This document shows, in pieces, positions 10,159 through 23,900 of a DNA stretch of 64,000 nucleotides (position 1 is the first letter of the stretch; each line of letters starts with the position of its first letter). A program made the translations under genes and the position numbers. The stretch comes from Antedon mediterranea. Taxonomy: Eukaryota > Animalia > Echinodermata. The DNA is taken from contig NC_092673.1 of the NCBI RefSeq assembly GCF_964355755.1, forward strand, positions 1,922,001 to 1,986,000, in the 5' to 3' direction. The notes beneath the pieces are model-generated. The model saw only the letters and a program-made list of their open reading frames with translations, was not told the DNA's origin and did not search any database.

Positions 10159-13100
10159 TCAACCGTCATTCAAATTCCACAGTTTGATTTTGCAATCATC
10201 GCTACACGAAGCCAATAGCCCGGGTATTTTAGGATTCCAAGCGACACAATTAACATCTTCATTATGACTTTTATTTTGTGAAGCTACAAGTTGAAACGCA
10301 GGTTGATTTGAAGCATCATGAACACTGGTGTCTTCTTTAAAAATACGCAAACAATCATCTCCCGATGCTGTAGCTAAAAGACCTGTTAATTTGCACCTAG
10401 TTGTAGAAACAGATGTATTGATTATTTAATTGACTGCTGAAAATATTACGCTTTTTAATTGTTCATTTGTAGTTTGCAGATTAAGATTCATACATGTTTG
10501 ATCCAAAAAGGTGACTGGGGTAATAATGTTCAGCGCTTAGAGGTTAGAGGGTGCTATATAAATCCAGGATGTTATTATTATTATTCATCTTTTTATTTCG
10601 GAATACCATGATCACATAATATATCCATAGCAGAAAAAAAAGCTTAGTCTTAGAAATCATTGAACATAAATTGAGGTTTTATATCAACTTTGATTGATTA
10701 AAAGAGCCAGTATTAGGAAATATTTTAGTGTTTTTTAGTATACCTTTAGTAGTCAACATTATGAATTTAATTAAAGCAATACTTTTAAATATAATGTTTA
10801 ATGTTTTTTTAAACCAATATTATTTTATAATGTTCTGTCTTAAAGAAAACATCATTTTTTCCATTTACCTTTTTAGGTTTTTTGAACAAATAAAGATTTA
10901 CATTACAATTTGTTTTGATGCGTTTGTGTCATTCCATCATCCCAGATTAAGGACGAAGAAAGATGCTTTAAAGTAACACTTGAACCCAAACCAAGTGGTC
11001 TAATGGTAAAGATACATCAGAACCGGCAGAGTTTGATTGATTGATCTTCAATTTTACAGATCTTTTAACTATTTCAAAATTGATTTACTATTTTCATTTT
11101 TTCTGGACTTTATATATATTAAGTATTATCAAAATATTATCACTTACCAGTGTAAAGAATAAATTGGCCTGGAATGGTAACCTGATAAAGTACAAACACA
11201 CTTCCATGTTGGATGATTCCCAACTGTCAGAATTCCTGTTAAACACAAAACAAATTATACTTAATAGAGTATTTATGAATTTTAATCACTTTTTAGCTGT
11301 GGTTGATTTTCCTTTTGTTTTTGTATGACTTGTTTGATTGTTTGTTGTATTAATTTGTATTACTATAATGTATTGATATTTTTCTATGTTTTGATGTACT
11401 TTTTATACTGATTTTATGTAAATTTCAGCTTCTGCTTTTTGTATATAATATGGTTTTTTTTATACCGAAATAAATAAATAAAAGTATAATCCTTATTTTT
11501 ATGTATAGCATTCAATAATTATTTTAATTAGTAACCAAAACGCTTGGCAAAAAAAAGCATTCAATTTGATGTATTGTCCCCCAAAACCATGAAAAATTAA
11601 GATTAATGAAATCAGACTTTAAATAGGCTATTTTGCAGTTCTAATAAAGTTATTACCAACAAAAATAATTATTTCCCTTATAAAAAGACAAAATAACTGG
11701 TTAATTTAAACAAAAACCATTGTCTGACAGACACTTTATGTATTTTTTGCTTTAAATTACATTTATTAGGTAATTAAATATTTTTTGGTCAAAGTTAATT
11801 ATTATGTGACATTAAAATGCCATATTCAAACAAGCAAAAGCTAAATTAAAACGAAAGTAAAACAGCCAGAAAAATGTGCATATATTTATAGCAAAAGAAA
11901 TAAACCTTGTTGATTGTCAGGTTGATATTGCTTCCAGATCTTAATTGTTCTATCATCACTGCATGATGCTAAGCGGTCACCAGTTTTATCAAATGACAGA
12001 CTCCAAACTGTCGATTCATGACCTTCTAATGTTGATACACAAATCCAATCATCATCATCTTCTATAAATATCTTGATCGTGTTGTCATAACTGGCTGATG
12101 CTAGAAGCTAGAGAGGAATCAGTTGATAAACTTAAAATTGGTTGTATTCGATTGGGACTTTACCGTTGAGTATAGTTTTTCCGTTGAATTTTGAGCATTA
12201 AGATTATTCTCAACGAAAAAGCTTGCATTGTAAACATTTTCTATTCTAATGAATCTATTTTTTTTTCTCTCTCTTTTGTGTGGGCAGCCTAATTTTTTCT
12301 AATGATTTTCTGTTGAGCATAAAAAGTACTCAATGAATCGTTATGTTGACTATGAAAGTTCCCAATACAACAATTGTCACCTCTTCTAAAACAGAACACA
12401 CCTAATGGTTTTTTTGGGATCTTTTGAGAGGTTTTTGGTTTTCAGATTTCACGACAGTTCACTGTACTTTCATAATATATGGTGAGTCAAAAGACAAAAT
12501 GTTAGAATTTAGCATAAGTTAAACATTGTTACCTCTTTATTTGGGTGCCACACAACTTGTTTAACGTCTTGAGTGTGAACAGATAAAACACTTGCACATT
12601 CGTAATCTTCATGATCTTGATCCACTTGAAAAAAAAACCACATGTGTTATTTATGAATGTCATTATTGATTGATCATTCTTCTTTTAGTCTACACTATCA
12701 AACTTTATGTGACAAAAAATGTGATGTGCTCATATATGGACATGATGATGTCATATCCCAACCATATTCTGCATTTGACCACCATATTGGGCACATCACA
12801 CTTTTTTATCAAACAAGTTTGATAGTGTAGACAGGGCTTTAGAAAGTGTATTTCATAAATTGTTGATCAAATATTTTTTTACTGTATGTCTTTATCTATA
12901 AGATTTAATATACTGAATATTGATTAAAATTCAATTTTATTAACAGTAACTATTATTTTGATTCTATTCGTTAAATGAAAGATGATTTTTTCAATACCTT
13001 CCCATATCCAAACACTTTTATCTCGACTACAGGTAGCTAATAAATTACCAGATGGCGCCCATGTAACACATTTTATTTCGTTTTCATGTCCTTCTAATGT

Positions 13101-13664
13101 GGCTGTACATTCAAATTCTCCTCCTCGTTTATCCCATATACACGTGGTGGCATCAAAGCTACAAGATGCTAGGAAGTTACCACAAGGTGACCAAGCAACC
13201 CTTCTAATGGTCCTTGTATGTGAATCCTGAAGAACTGTCTTGCATATCCATTTTTCACCTATATTTTATAAAAAAAAAAAATTTCCATTAAAAACGCGTA
13301 TAAAATGTAATTGGTCAGATGTTTGCCCTACTCTGACGTAATCTGTACATTGAGAATACCAAGTAATTCTGTCATGTAACTTTTCTTCAGTGGATCATGG
13401 ATGGTTTTATTAACATACGACACGACATGATGTCTTGCTCATTTTGATTGAAAATTTTATATTCATATTACTATTGAAAATGTAACAACAGGTTTTTTTT
13501 TTAATTCAATGCAAGATTAGTTTACCTTCTTTACCCCAAACTCGGATGGTTTTATCGCTGCTACAGCTAGCCAGTAAAGTTCCTGATGGATTCCAAGCAA
13601 CGCTCCAAACCCTTTGTTGGTGCTCACTTAAAATTTGCACTTCATTCAACATTCCAGTCATCAT
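10159..13664 (-). CDS. CIAO1: Cytosolic iron-sulfur assembly WD40 protein CIAO1
   Basis: Exons 13664-13526, 13258-12998, 12624-12533, 12107-11906, 11235-11148, 10396-10159; motifs [56 protein letters not shown]. Confidence 0.96.
10490..10585 (+). mobile_element. 3' fragment of the CORE-like SINE
   Basis: Matches the 3' end of the 27670-27966 element; TTA tail. Confidence 0.65.
12688..12838. mobile_element. MITE family A copy, left end truncated
   Basis: GTCTACACTATCAAACT...AGTTTGATAGTGTAGACAGGGCT. Confidence 0.85.
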
Positions 13665-14818
13665 ACAATAAATAGGCCTAGATTCTTTACAAATTAATAC
13701 ACTCGTTTCTGTAAAAAATAATAACAAACACTCAACATACTGTATAATCAGGGAGTTGTACAACTCCTTGGCATAATCAAGCTTTTCTAGGGACACGTGG
13801 AATTTTCAGTCAAAGACTCAAACCCAAAGGATGGACTGAATCGTACAACCAAAATGGGGCGAATCGTCTCGAGGTAAATGAGAGGCAGATTCAGACAGAG
13901 GATACTGAACTAATAATATTGGCCTGAAGATAGTAGTAGCACTAGCTAGGCCTAAAACTATATAGAAGACTAGTAGTAGCAACCGGTCCGTTATTTATTT
14001 AGTGTAATAGCCCTAGTGGACCAATTTTTACGTAATTAAGTAAATTTACTAATCCTGTACCGGTAAAATATGCATTTTTATATTATTTTTCGGAAGTCTT
14101 AAAACACACGACGTAAAGATCTAAAAGAGGGAGACACACTTACATATGGAACGCTGTATAGGCAAAATGTTTTGCTGCATATGGCGTGTAAAACTTATTT
14201 ATTCCGAAAATACCAAATAATATTGAAAAAAATTGTTTTTTATTAAGAAAAAACAAAAAAATCTTTAGAAAGCGTGTTATCTCTGTTACATACTACGATA
14301 TTTAATATAGAGATAGGATCTTATTGGAGAGCCAAATACATCGTTTATTTAAAAGTCTTTTGCAACTAAATAGTTAGTAGGCCTATTTCTGATTCTCTGT
14401 GAATTAGCACATAAAATAGTGGTAGTAAGCCTTAAATAAAATCCTTAAATAATTTAGTGTAAAAATGGAAACATAATAAATGTGAATGGTATGGCTTAAC
14501 AAAACAATTCGTTAAATACAAATGGATCGCTCTATGATACTCTATTAATAGCCATTCCTTGGTACGCAGTGTGGTAACTAGGAATCGATCACCTCACGAC
14601 GATTATTTTATTGTTGATTTACTGTAACGTTTTAATTTATTCTAAGATCCTGAAGATACACTTTGACGACCTATATTTGTATATTGTACGCCTACACGAA
14701 CGACGACATTATCAGAATGTTTCAATCCAAAGTCCAAATTCTAGTTCCTTTAGTGTTGTGCATTGTGTCTGATCAAATTCATTGTATAATCTACCAAACA
14801 TAGGGTTTATTTTTCAGG

Positions 14819-17800
14819 ATGGCCGAAACAAACGTAAAAAAGTTTTACTGGGTAACATTCGTCGATGCATGTTTTTGTATGGTGATGTTAATAGCTTCTT
14901 TAGCTACACCAAACTGGATTACGTCTGACGTTCACCGGGTCATCGAAAACTCGGCACCGGTTATGGATGAACTCCTCAACGACACAACCGGCTATGTATA
15001 TTTTGGTATCATAAAGGGATATAAGCAGTTTAATTACGGCTTTGGGTTGAGGCAATCCGTGCCATACGACGGTGAGTTTTTTTCCAGATATGTTACTAAA
15101 ATGCTTTTGTAGCGTGTAGGCATATTTATTTTATAGATTATTCGTCAAACTTTATTTATTAATAAATAAGTTTTGTTTGTTTAAAATTCAACCGCGAATC
15201 TGTTAGTCCTACTGAACGAGTTATAAAAAGCTATTTTAGACTACAAACTGAGTGACGATGATCAAATTGTTTAATTTATGAATACACCTAATACCAATAC
15301 GCTCCGTTTTAAGATTAATAGACCTACGATTGGTCAATACTTCTGGCAATAATCTTAAATTGAATGTTAAATATTGGCTTCTCTGACACGACTTGTATTT
15401 CATTGCTTGGAATATTCTGTGTTATTTTCGTTGCTAGCTTTTCCTATTTAAATTCGGTTTTTATATAATAGTTTTGTCAACCAATCCAATCCATTGTTGA
15501 AAACAATGAGCTATTAGTAGGTCTCAACAGAGTGCATTATTTGTGAATCATCGATGTGTAACACCAAAAATTGAACAGAACAATTACTTTAGTGGAGATA
15601 CTCGTACCAGAGGGGTGAAAGCAAGAGAATGTTACAATACGACTCTTTTTAGACTTTATATGCCATGTAGGAAGAATTGTATTAAGCGGATTTTAGGAAG
15701 GATTGATTTATATAGAGCACACAACATGTTCGTGAGAAATCAATGGCTTCTTTGTAGCTTACTATATTCGTCAATACTCAATCAGTAAGACGGTCTGTAC
15801 TAAATATGATGTGATGCTCATTGCTTCTTGAGAAGCTCTGGAACTACACACACTAGAACATGGTTTATGCAGGGAGTTGTCAGTCAGAATCGTAGGCCTA
15901 TATGATAGTGAAAAAACGTCTATTTCTGATTATACACGCAAAATGTGTCTGCGGTATAAAACGTTCTTCTTTTTAAATTTTGTGACGTGTTTGTGTATAG
16001 TAATATTGCTATGTACCTCAATTGGAACACCACATTGGATTGAAGCAGAATCAAAACGAAATTCTAGTCTCGGTGGTGGTGTTTCAAATGTAATATCTAC
16101 TAATGACGATGAGCCCGGTCCGAATCGAGGTTTTATACATTTTGGGGTTGTTCGTGGTTGTAAAATTTTTAATTATGGATTTGGTGCTAGAGATTACAAA
16201 TGTTTTAAAGGTATGTATTTTGTCGTTCGGGAAGCAGCAAACTGTGCCCGTTTACGACACAATAAATAGATAGATAGATATATACACAACAGAAGCGATC
16301 CGGGGCCCGTTTACGAATATACAACAGAAGTTCACTTTTTAATTTCTGATTATTAAATCACGTAAATATTATTTTATTCTGTAAATGGTATCGGAGTGAA
16401 AATTTAGTTTTAGAAGAATCAAGGCCTCCAACAGACCATGTCATAACATTGTTATTTTATGACTAATCGTACAATCACCATTTTACGCTATGGGAAAGCC
16501 ATGAAGTTGAAAGTTTTAAAATAAATTATTTTGCTTTTCTTAATCAAACGGGTTTATATTCAGTAATGCTCTGTCTACACTATCAAACTTTATGTGGAAA
16601 ATGTGATGTGCCCTTGTATGGACACGTTGATGTCATACAACTACCATTTTTGGACACATCACTACCATATTTGAGCAAATAACACTTTTTGATAGTGTAG
16701 ACAGAGCTTAGGTCATGGTGTTTTACTTTGTGACATTCGTTATTAAAGGAAGGTTTCATGGATATTATCTATCCCATCTCTACATGTTTTCTTAATTCTT
16801 TTGAATTTAATATTGTAATAACTTAAGATTTTTTAATTGTTTTTCTTTGAAATAGTATCTGAAGAACATGCAGATCTTTATCCAACTGGGTTACTGATAG
16901 TAGTAATTGTATTTATGGTAATAGCAGCAATCTTTGCAATGGTAGCTACTATATTCGGAATGGTCAATGCAATCACACGTCCAATTGAGGCCATCCATGG
17001 ACCAAAAGGATTGTTTTTGTGGAACGGTTTTGGAGGTAATAAATTCAGACAATTAATTTTTTTTTATATAACCACGACCGGACTACATATTTATCTTTTG
17101 AAACATCTTCTACTTTAGTTTGTCGATCGTATTTCTCTTCATCAAACAAAAACCAACAAATCATACTCATCACTCATGACGATTAGACCCACATCTTTTT
17201 TTTAGCTAGCTAAAGCTCTGTCTACACTATAATTAGAGTTTGACAAACAAGTGTGGTGTGCCCAAATATGGGAGTGATATGACATCATTATGTTCATATG
17301 GGCACATCACATTTTGATAGCCTGTAGACAGAGCTTATATACAGGTTTGTCATGCATTTGCACAACATATTTCTGCTATCTGCATCACGTTTTGCCAACT
17401 TGGTCAATGAAGAAAGAAAAGATATTTACTTAAATTCCTCCATGGTTGGACTAACAAAATGTAATTAATAATAATATTATCTAAATATTGATATTGATAC
17501 GCCTTTCGTCACGCTCCAATCGTTTCTGTATGCCAATTCAATATTAGAGTGGCAAATATTAAATTACCTAACAATAGAATGTGCATTGTATTGCGTTAGA
17601 TATTCAATTCCAGTGTTGATATCTTGTGATATTCAGCGTTGAAATCTGATGTCATTTACAGGTATTCTATGCTAATATGAAATCAATACTGATTATGATA
17701 ATCCCTGTGAGGTACGGGGGACATCAGGTCAAATGTTGTGAACTTTATTCTGTTGAAAGCCAAAGGAAAATGACCAAAAAGAAAAAAAAACAAAATAACA

Positions 17801-19005
17801 AATGATGTTGTTAACACTTGGCTGTGTCAGCTGGGAAATTGAAGAGTAAAGTAGTTGCAAGTAATTTCGTCGTCAGTGGATTCACATCGCAATTCGGTTG
17901 AGACGATATTATATCAGGTCCTTGGTGCATCCATGGTCCTTGGTGCATCCATGGTCCTTGGTGCATCCATGGTCCTTGGTGCATCCATGGTCCTTGGTGC
18001 ATCCATGGTCCTTGGTGCATCCATGGTCCTTGGTGCATCCATGGTCCTTGGTGCATCCATGTTCCTTGGTGCATCCATGGTCCTTGGTGCATCCATGGTC
18101 CTTGGTGCATCCATGGTCCTTGGTGCATCCATGGTCCTTGGTGCATCCATGTTCTTTTTCTTTTTTGGTTTCATACATGGTTCTAATACTGAGTAAACGT
18201 AACAATTAGCTATTTTTGATATTGTGGAAATAATTAAGACAACTATAATAATTGAAGGACGGTAAATAAATGATTGTTGTTATAAAGGCAAATGAAGGAT
18301 TTAGATACATTGTTATTATTGGACTACCCTTGATATCGGCTTACCATCAATACAATAAAGCCAAATCCAAATATTTAAATTCCCTTAATTACACACTTAT
18401 ACAAACATATTCATACGTTAAAGATGTATTTATGTAGATCTGTTCTCCCAATTATTATTCTCTTCTGTAGAAAAATATTTTCGCTTATAAAAAGACAAAA
18501 AAACGGTTAATTTTAGCCCATTGTCTGCTGACAGACAATTTAGATATGTTTTGCTTTAAATTACATTTTACATTTAAATTTCATAAATATATATTTTTTT
18601 TTGATCCAGTTTTTTGTCAAAGTGAATAATTATTATGCAACATTAAAATGTAAGACATATTTTGTTAGGAGGACAATAATATCTTTAAATGAACTTTTTA
18701 TTCTTTCAGCAATCTTCTCTGGCATATCGCTGTTCATGTACGTGGGTCTGTATTACACTACATTTGAAGGCAAGGAGGTATTGAACGCCGAAGACACTAG
18801 TCAACCAAATTACTTTACAACCGATTCTGCAAATTATGGTTACTCATTCTGGTTGCTTGTAACGACCTTTGGACTATTCTGTGTCAATCTTATTTTATTA
18901 ATTATTGCGCATAAAATGAATGACCCGAATTTTCGATGGAGGAGGAGGGCACAGGAGATATCGACCATACAAACTACTGAGCTTGCTCAGAGCATCATGT
19001 ATTAA
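14819..19005 (+). CDS. Clarin-family tetraspan protein, isoform using first exon A
   Basis: Exons 14819-15071 (TM1 plus loop GYVYFGIIKGYKQFNYGFGLR, phase 1), 16856-17035 (TM2, PIEAIHGPKGLFLWN), 18710-19005 (TM3-4, YGYSFWL, C-terminal IMY). Confidence 0.8.
15943..19005 (+). CDS. Clarin-family tetraspan protein, isoform using first exon B
   Basis: Exon 15943-16210 (TM1 plus loop GFIHFGVVRGCKIFNYGFGAR, phase 1) joins the same two downstream exons in frame. Confidence 0.85.
16567..16708. mobile_element. MITE family A copy
   Basis: TIR (A)GCTCTGTCTACACTATCAAA. Confidence 0.85.
17214..17335. mobile_element. MITE family A copy
   Basis: Same TIRs. Confidence 0.85.
17917..18150. repeat. 18-bp minisatellite, 13 copies, in clarin intron
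   Basis: Unit GGTCCTTGGTGCATCCAT, one variant unit near 18061. Confidence 0.97.
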
Positions 19006-19033
19006 ATCACAGAAAATTTAGAACCCGTCTTAA

Positions 19034-19190
19034 AGCTCTGTCTACACTATCAAACTTTATGTGACAAACAAATTTGATGTGCTCATATATGGACATGTTG
19101 TCATATTACTACCTTATTTGGGTATATCACTACCATATTTGGGCACATCACACTTTTTTGTCAAACTAGTTTGATAGTGTGGACAGAGCT
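19034..19190. mobile_element. MITE family A reference copy (PIF/Harbinger, Tourist-like), just after the clarin stop
   Basis: TAA|AGCTCTGTCTACACTATCAAACT...AGTTTGATAGTGTGGACAGAGCT|TAA; 3-bp TAA TSD; internal 19-bp repeat ATATCACTACCATATTTGG. Confidence 0.92.
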
Positions 19191-19871
19191 TAAGACACTT
19201 TTATCGGGACTCCCTATTGTCGCCTTATCCACTGTCTTCACAAGCCAGTTTGACAAAAAAAGTGTGATGTGCCAAAATACGGTAGTTATGTGACGTCATC
19301 GTGTCCATGGGACAAAGCTTAATATGGTAATGTCCCCATGGCCAATGGAGCTTTTATGAATAGGGGTTTACCGTAGTGTTCAAACCCCTAACATAAAGAA
19401 TTCGCAAAGGATGGTTCTACTGTATTATCAAGTGTTTATAGTACATTGGTTAAAACCCAAAATAGGTGTCGTCCAAGGTTGGACAGATAATGTAATTCTG
19501 TGTATATTATATATTGTACTGTTTTTTTTATCAACCGTCTTCTGGTCTTTTTACTATAGTTTATTTTGCAAATTAAAAACCAATGATTATATCGATGCCA
19601 AGTATAATGATTTACATAGAATCTGCGCTATTTTCCAGAAAGTCCAATTTAAATATCGAAATTATTGAATATTTTGTGACAATTTTAAATCCTAACAAAT
19701 TAAAACATATTTTTATACTTATGCTGATTATAAATAAATATAAATTGACGCTAATTTTGTTTACTCTTTATTTGTGTTTTTTTTTCTCAATTACCATGCA
19801 TCACATATAAACATACACATTCATGTAAAACAATTTAGAAAAATTAGGTGAAATTTAATTTTAAAAGTGAA

Positions 19872-20059
19872 TAAACCAAACGCCATGCGTGCCCATGCTT
19901 CCACACATCCCGTTGATTTAAACCAAACGCCATGCGTGCCCATGCTTCCACACATCCCGTTGATTTAAACCAAACGCCATGCATGCCCATGCTTCCACAC
20001 ATCCCGTTGATTTAAACCAAACGCCATGCGTGCCCATGCTTCCACACATCCCGTTGATT
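19872..20059. repeat. 47-bp tandem repeat, 4 copies
   Basis: Unit TAAACCAAACGCCATGCGTGCCCATGCTTCCACACATCCCGTTGATT. Confidence 0.95.
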
Positions 20060-20144
20060 TAACCTGGAAAAGCACAATATAAAATCAAACACCCATTATC
20101 TCATAATTCACGATCTATGAATGTCAAAATTTGTACATGTTCTG

Positions 20145-20285
20145 TGTTGGGTTTCCACTAGAGACGCAACACAAGGATGTAACGCAATGCAAGTGTTTTG
20201 ACCAATCACAAGCGATGGATTATTCCAACAGTCGCTTGTGATTGGTCAACTCGCTTGCGTTGCATCTACTTTGCATTACGTCTAA
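20145..20285. repeat. Palindromic MITE-like element
   Basis: Inverted repeat TTGACCAATCACAAGCGA / TCGCTTGTGATTGGTCAA with degenerate outer arms. Confidence 0.65.
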
Positions 20286-20988
20286 CATCTAATATTTAAA
20301 TTCTACATTTTTTTAATTTTTGTGCCTACATTATACATAGGCCTACATGATTTTATTATTTAAATACCTGAGTTAACAAACCTAATAGAAATATACAGAG
20401 GAAAACAGCATTCTTAAAAATGCAGTACCTAATAGAAAGAAAATTAATATTGAAACATATAACTATTTTCAGTGACTAAATAAACAAAAAAAGAATAAAT
20501 ATATTTGGTACTACATCGCTAGTAATCTTAACAAACTTAACATACAATACAACTAATACATTCTACTAATGATATGACAATTTTAATCTAATATAATTTG
20601 TATCCACTGCAGCTTTCAATAAAATTATTGGAGATAATAATGATCAATTTTGTTTATTAATTTGTGTGTAGATTTAATATAAATAAGTTACTATAATCAC
20701 ATTTATTTATGACAAAAATATGACAATATAGTAATAAAGTTGTTTTTTTAAATTGTTCATATTATATAAAATTGAAAACAAATATGTAAATAATTATTCT
20801 GAACATCACAAATGTTTATACGTAATTGAAAGCTGTTTGCTATCGCATGGAAGAATTTTACAAATATAATACATACAATTTTACAAGATAACCAAACCCT
20901 AAATTGTTTGAAAAAATAAACTATTCAGATTGTTGTATTAAATAAATGGCATTATAAAATGCATCATATCGTTATAATTATTATCAAA

Positions 20989-23900
20989 CTAATTCTCTTT
21001 TGACCGGGAGTTTTTTAATCGACTTCTTTCGCCATCCCACGATTTGGATTTCGCCCTGAAATGTTTCAGATCATGAGAGTTGTCCTTATCTAGCATTTCT
21101 TTGTATGTTTGAGGCTCACATAATTCCTGTAAAAAGAAAGTTATTATTATTATGGAATAATTGATGTGGTAAGTGAGTGAGTAGTCGAGTGGTTAAAGCA
21201 GTGTAACCGTAATCCATAACATTGGCAAGGGTTCGAGGCTCACTCGCTCCATGGTTCTGGTGGAAGAACGAGTCTTCTAAGATAAGGACTATAAACCGTA
21301 GGTCCAGTGTACACATCTAGCTCATGTGCACTTTAAAGAACCTAGTACATCTTTCAAGATGAGTAAAGGGTTACCCCAGTGTATTAATACACATGCACAG
21401 CCACTGTCACTACATCCACTGATCATAACTGGCCCTCTGGGAGAGGTCACTCAGTATAAATAATAAATAAATAAGGTGAGATAATGAATAGCAAAATTAT
21501 ATACTGAATAACTACTCATAAAATTACTTACCTTTTGTCTGTGAAAAAACTCTTTGTAACCTCCTTCTAATAAATACAGTTCTGGATAAAAAAGTGCGGG
21601 ATAATTTTCGTGATGGATATCACGATCCTTGTTGCGTAAATAACGAGATAAATCAGGTCCTCGTTTTGATGAAAACTCGCAGTGAAACACAATGACTCGA
21701 CGCTTTGTTAACTTAGAGGGAGCTTTATCCAAGAAAAATGAGGTAATGTCCGTCTTTCTATACTTATTTATTGCACCCTGTGAAAATGAAGATAAAACAC
21801 AAATTTTAAAATAATTGTTCATTAATAAAAATAAAGACAACTGACATTTTTTAATGTTACACATTGCTTATGATATACTGTAGATGGAGCAGGTCATTCA
21901 CTATCCTAAAATTCATGTGGTCGACCATACTTAACCAATGTAGACTATAGACTGGGCTGTAACCACTAAGGTGTCAACTCCTAATAATTAATTGCCTCAT
22001 TTGAAGAAATTGGTATCTAATAATTACTTGAGTGGGATCTTAATGGATATATAATTCTTGGGAGGGGACAAGAAGTAGGGTCACTGAACTGATAAGTCAC
22101 CTCCCTGGACTGTTCCTTAAATTACAGTCATGTACAGTATATTCTGTAATTAACACATTACATACACAATTTGGAATTAATAGCTATAAGACAACTTAAT
22201 CATTCTATGTGTACCTGTATATAGTGTAAACAAAGTACCGTTGAGATATTAACAATTTACACTCTGTTATAAATAGTGCTACATATACGTTATCTGATTG
22301 GAGTACACAATAAAAAAAGGCATAGAGAAATATACTTATAAAAATATGATACACTAAAAATGTGATGACTATAAGTAGATACTAAATACATGTAATTATA
22401 TATTTGTTATAATGGTATGAGACTCCATACCTTGATGTGGCCACCCAAGTACTCATAAGGGTAGCGACAGTCTACTATAAAATACTCCTCTATTTCATCA
22501 CTAAATTCATTGTTTATTAACTTTGCAAGAGTATTTGCTGATATGCACTTGAGATCCCTGTGTTTTCCAACAACAAGAGGTAAACAGTAGGGCTGAAAAA
22601 TAAACATTTCAAAACATTTAACCATTATTTCTGTACATACATTATGTACAATTCTGTGCATTTTATATAGTTTTATAGTATATATAGTTTTATATAGGTA
22701 TAACTAAGCAAATTTAACATTATTATGTTAGTTACAGATCTATATATCTAATATATATATATATATTGCACTGATGAAGGGCTAGTGTTGCCAGAAAGCT
22801 CTGCTAACTTTTCTGGCTGTTTTAATTTATCGTTTTGATTTAGCTTTTCGCTTTTTTTTGTACCTCCATTGAGATCCAGCCACTGATACCCACAGCATTG
22901 TCATTTTTTTTAGTAATTAGCATCTGGATTAATATATAAATATATATATATATATCTAAGCCAACCTATAGTATTAATTTTGCTTGGTGTAATTAAACAC
23001 ACCGAAAAACATAGAAAATTGCAAAAACGCTATAGGCCAATTTAAAATACTGTTAAAATTATTAAAACTGATTCAAATTCAAAACAAAAACAACAGTATC
23101 GCGTTATTAATGCAAACAACAGAAACACTTTTAGAAAATAAAAAGATATTGAAAGTTTACCTTTGATTGGTCACCTAAAAGATCTGCTTGGTTGGGTTTT
23201 GATGTCGGTGAAAACATGGATTGAGACCGTTCAAGTCTACAAGGAATATTTGACTGCTGAAAAAAAAAAAAAAAAAAAGTTTAACCAATGAAAAATAAAA
23301 CTGCCAAAAACTATAACATAAAGTTATTTTAATATAAAATGAATATTAAAATACATTATACACTACTAATGTAGTAGTTTCTGGTGTTGTATATTTTTGA
23401 AAATGATGTATTTGTATGTTTTCTGTACCATTTTAAAATGTATTTTATGTATGAACCGAATAAAGCAATCAATATCTAATTTAGAAAAATACACTTTAAA
23501 ACGCAAAGATATATCTAACTAGAAAGCCACTCCGAGAGTGCATACCTCCGCCTACTGTAAAATTCTCCTACATAAGATTTCTCCGGTAAAAAAAATTATA
23601 TATATTATATTATTATGATTTAGGCTAATTTCACTACAAGCATGTGTATGCGAGTTTGGTGTAATGGTTATGTAACAAGCCTTTCAATTAACAATAGCTT
23701 CAGTTGACTAACAATAGAACAGCAACGCGAAAATCAAACGGGTGAATTTGAAAAGAAATAGGTTTTTTAAACTACTCGTATCAAAAAATGTGCACATTAA
23801 ATCAAATTATGTTTTAAAATTACAAATCACAAATTATAACTCTTGCCTATTGTGTACAAAAATGAAGTTTTTTGGACAAGTAGGTTCTTGAGAAAATTTC

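Noticed and set aside
16990-17010. CATCCATGG shared by clarin exon 2 and the downstream 18-bp repeat
   Set aside because: Match too short to exceed chance
17811-18209. Five overlapping repetitive ORFs (MHQGPW, VLGASM and others)
   Set aside because: Artefacts of a stop-free 18-bp intronic minisatellite
19872-20059. 47-bp array (and the 55-bp array at 57898) as CRISPR-like
   Set aside because: No unique spacers, no cas genes, eukaryotic context
21172-21250. tRNA genes here and at 27670
   Set aside because: A and B boxes are SINE heads; no complete cloverleaf or T-run terminator
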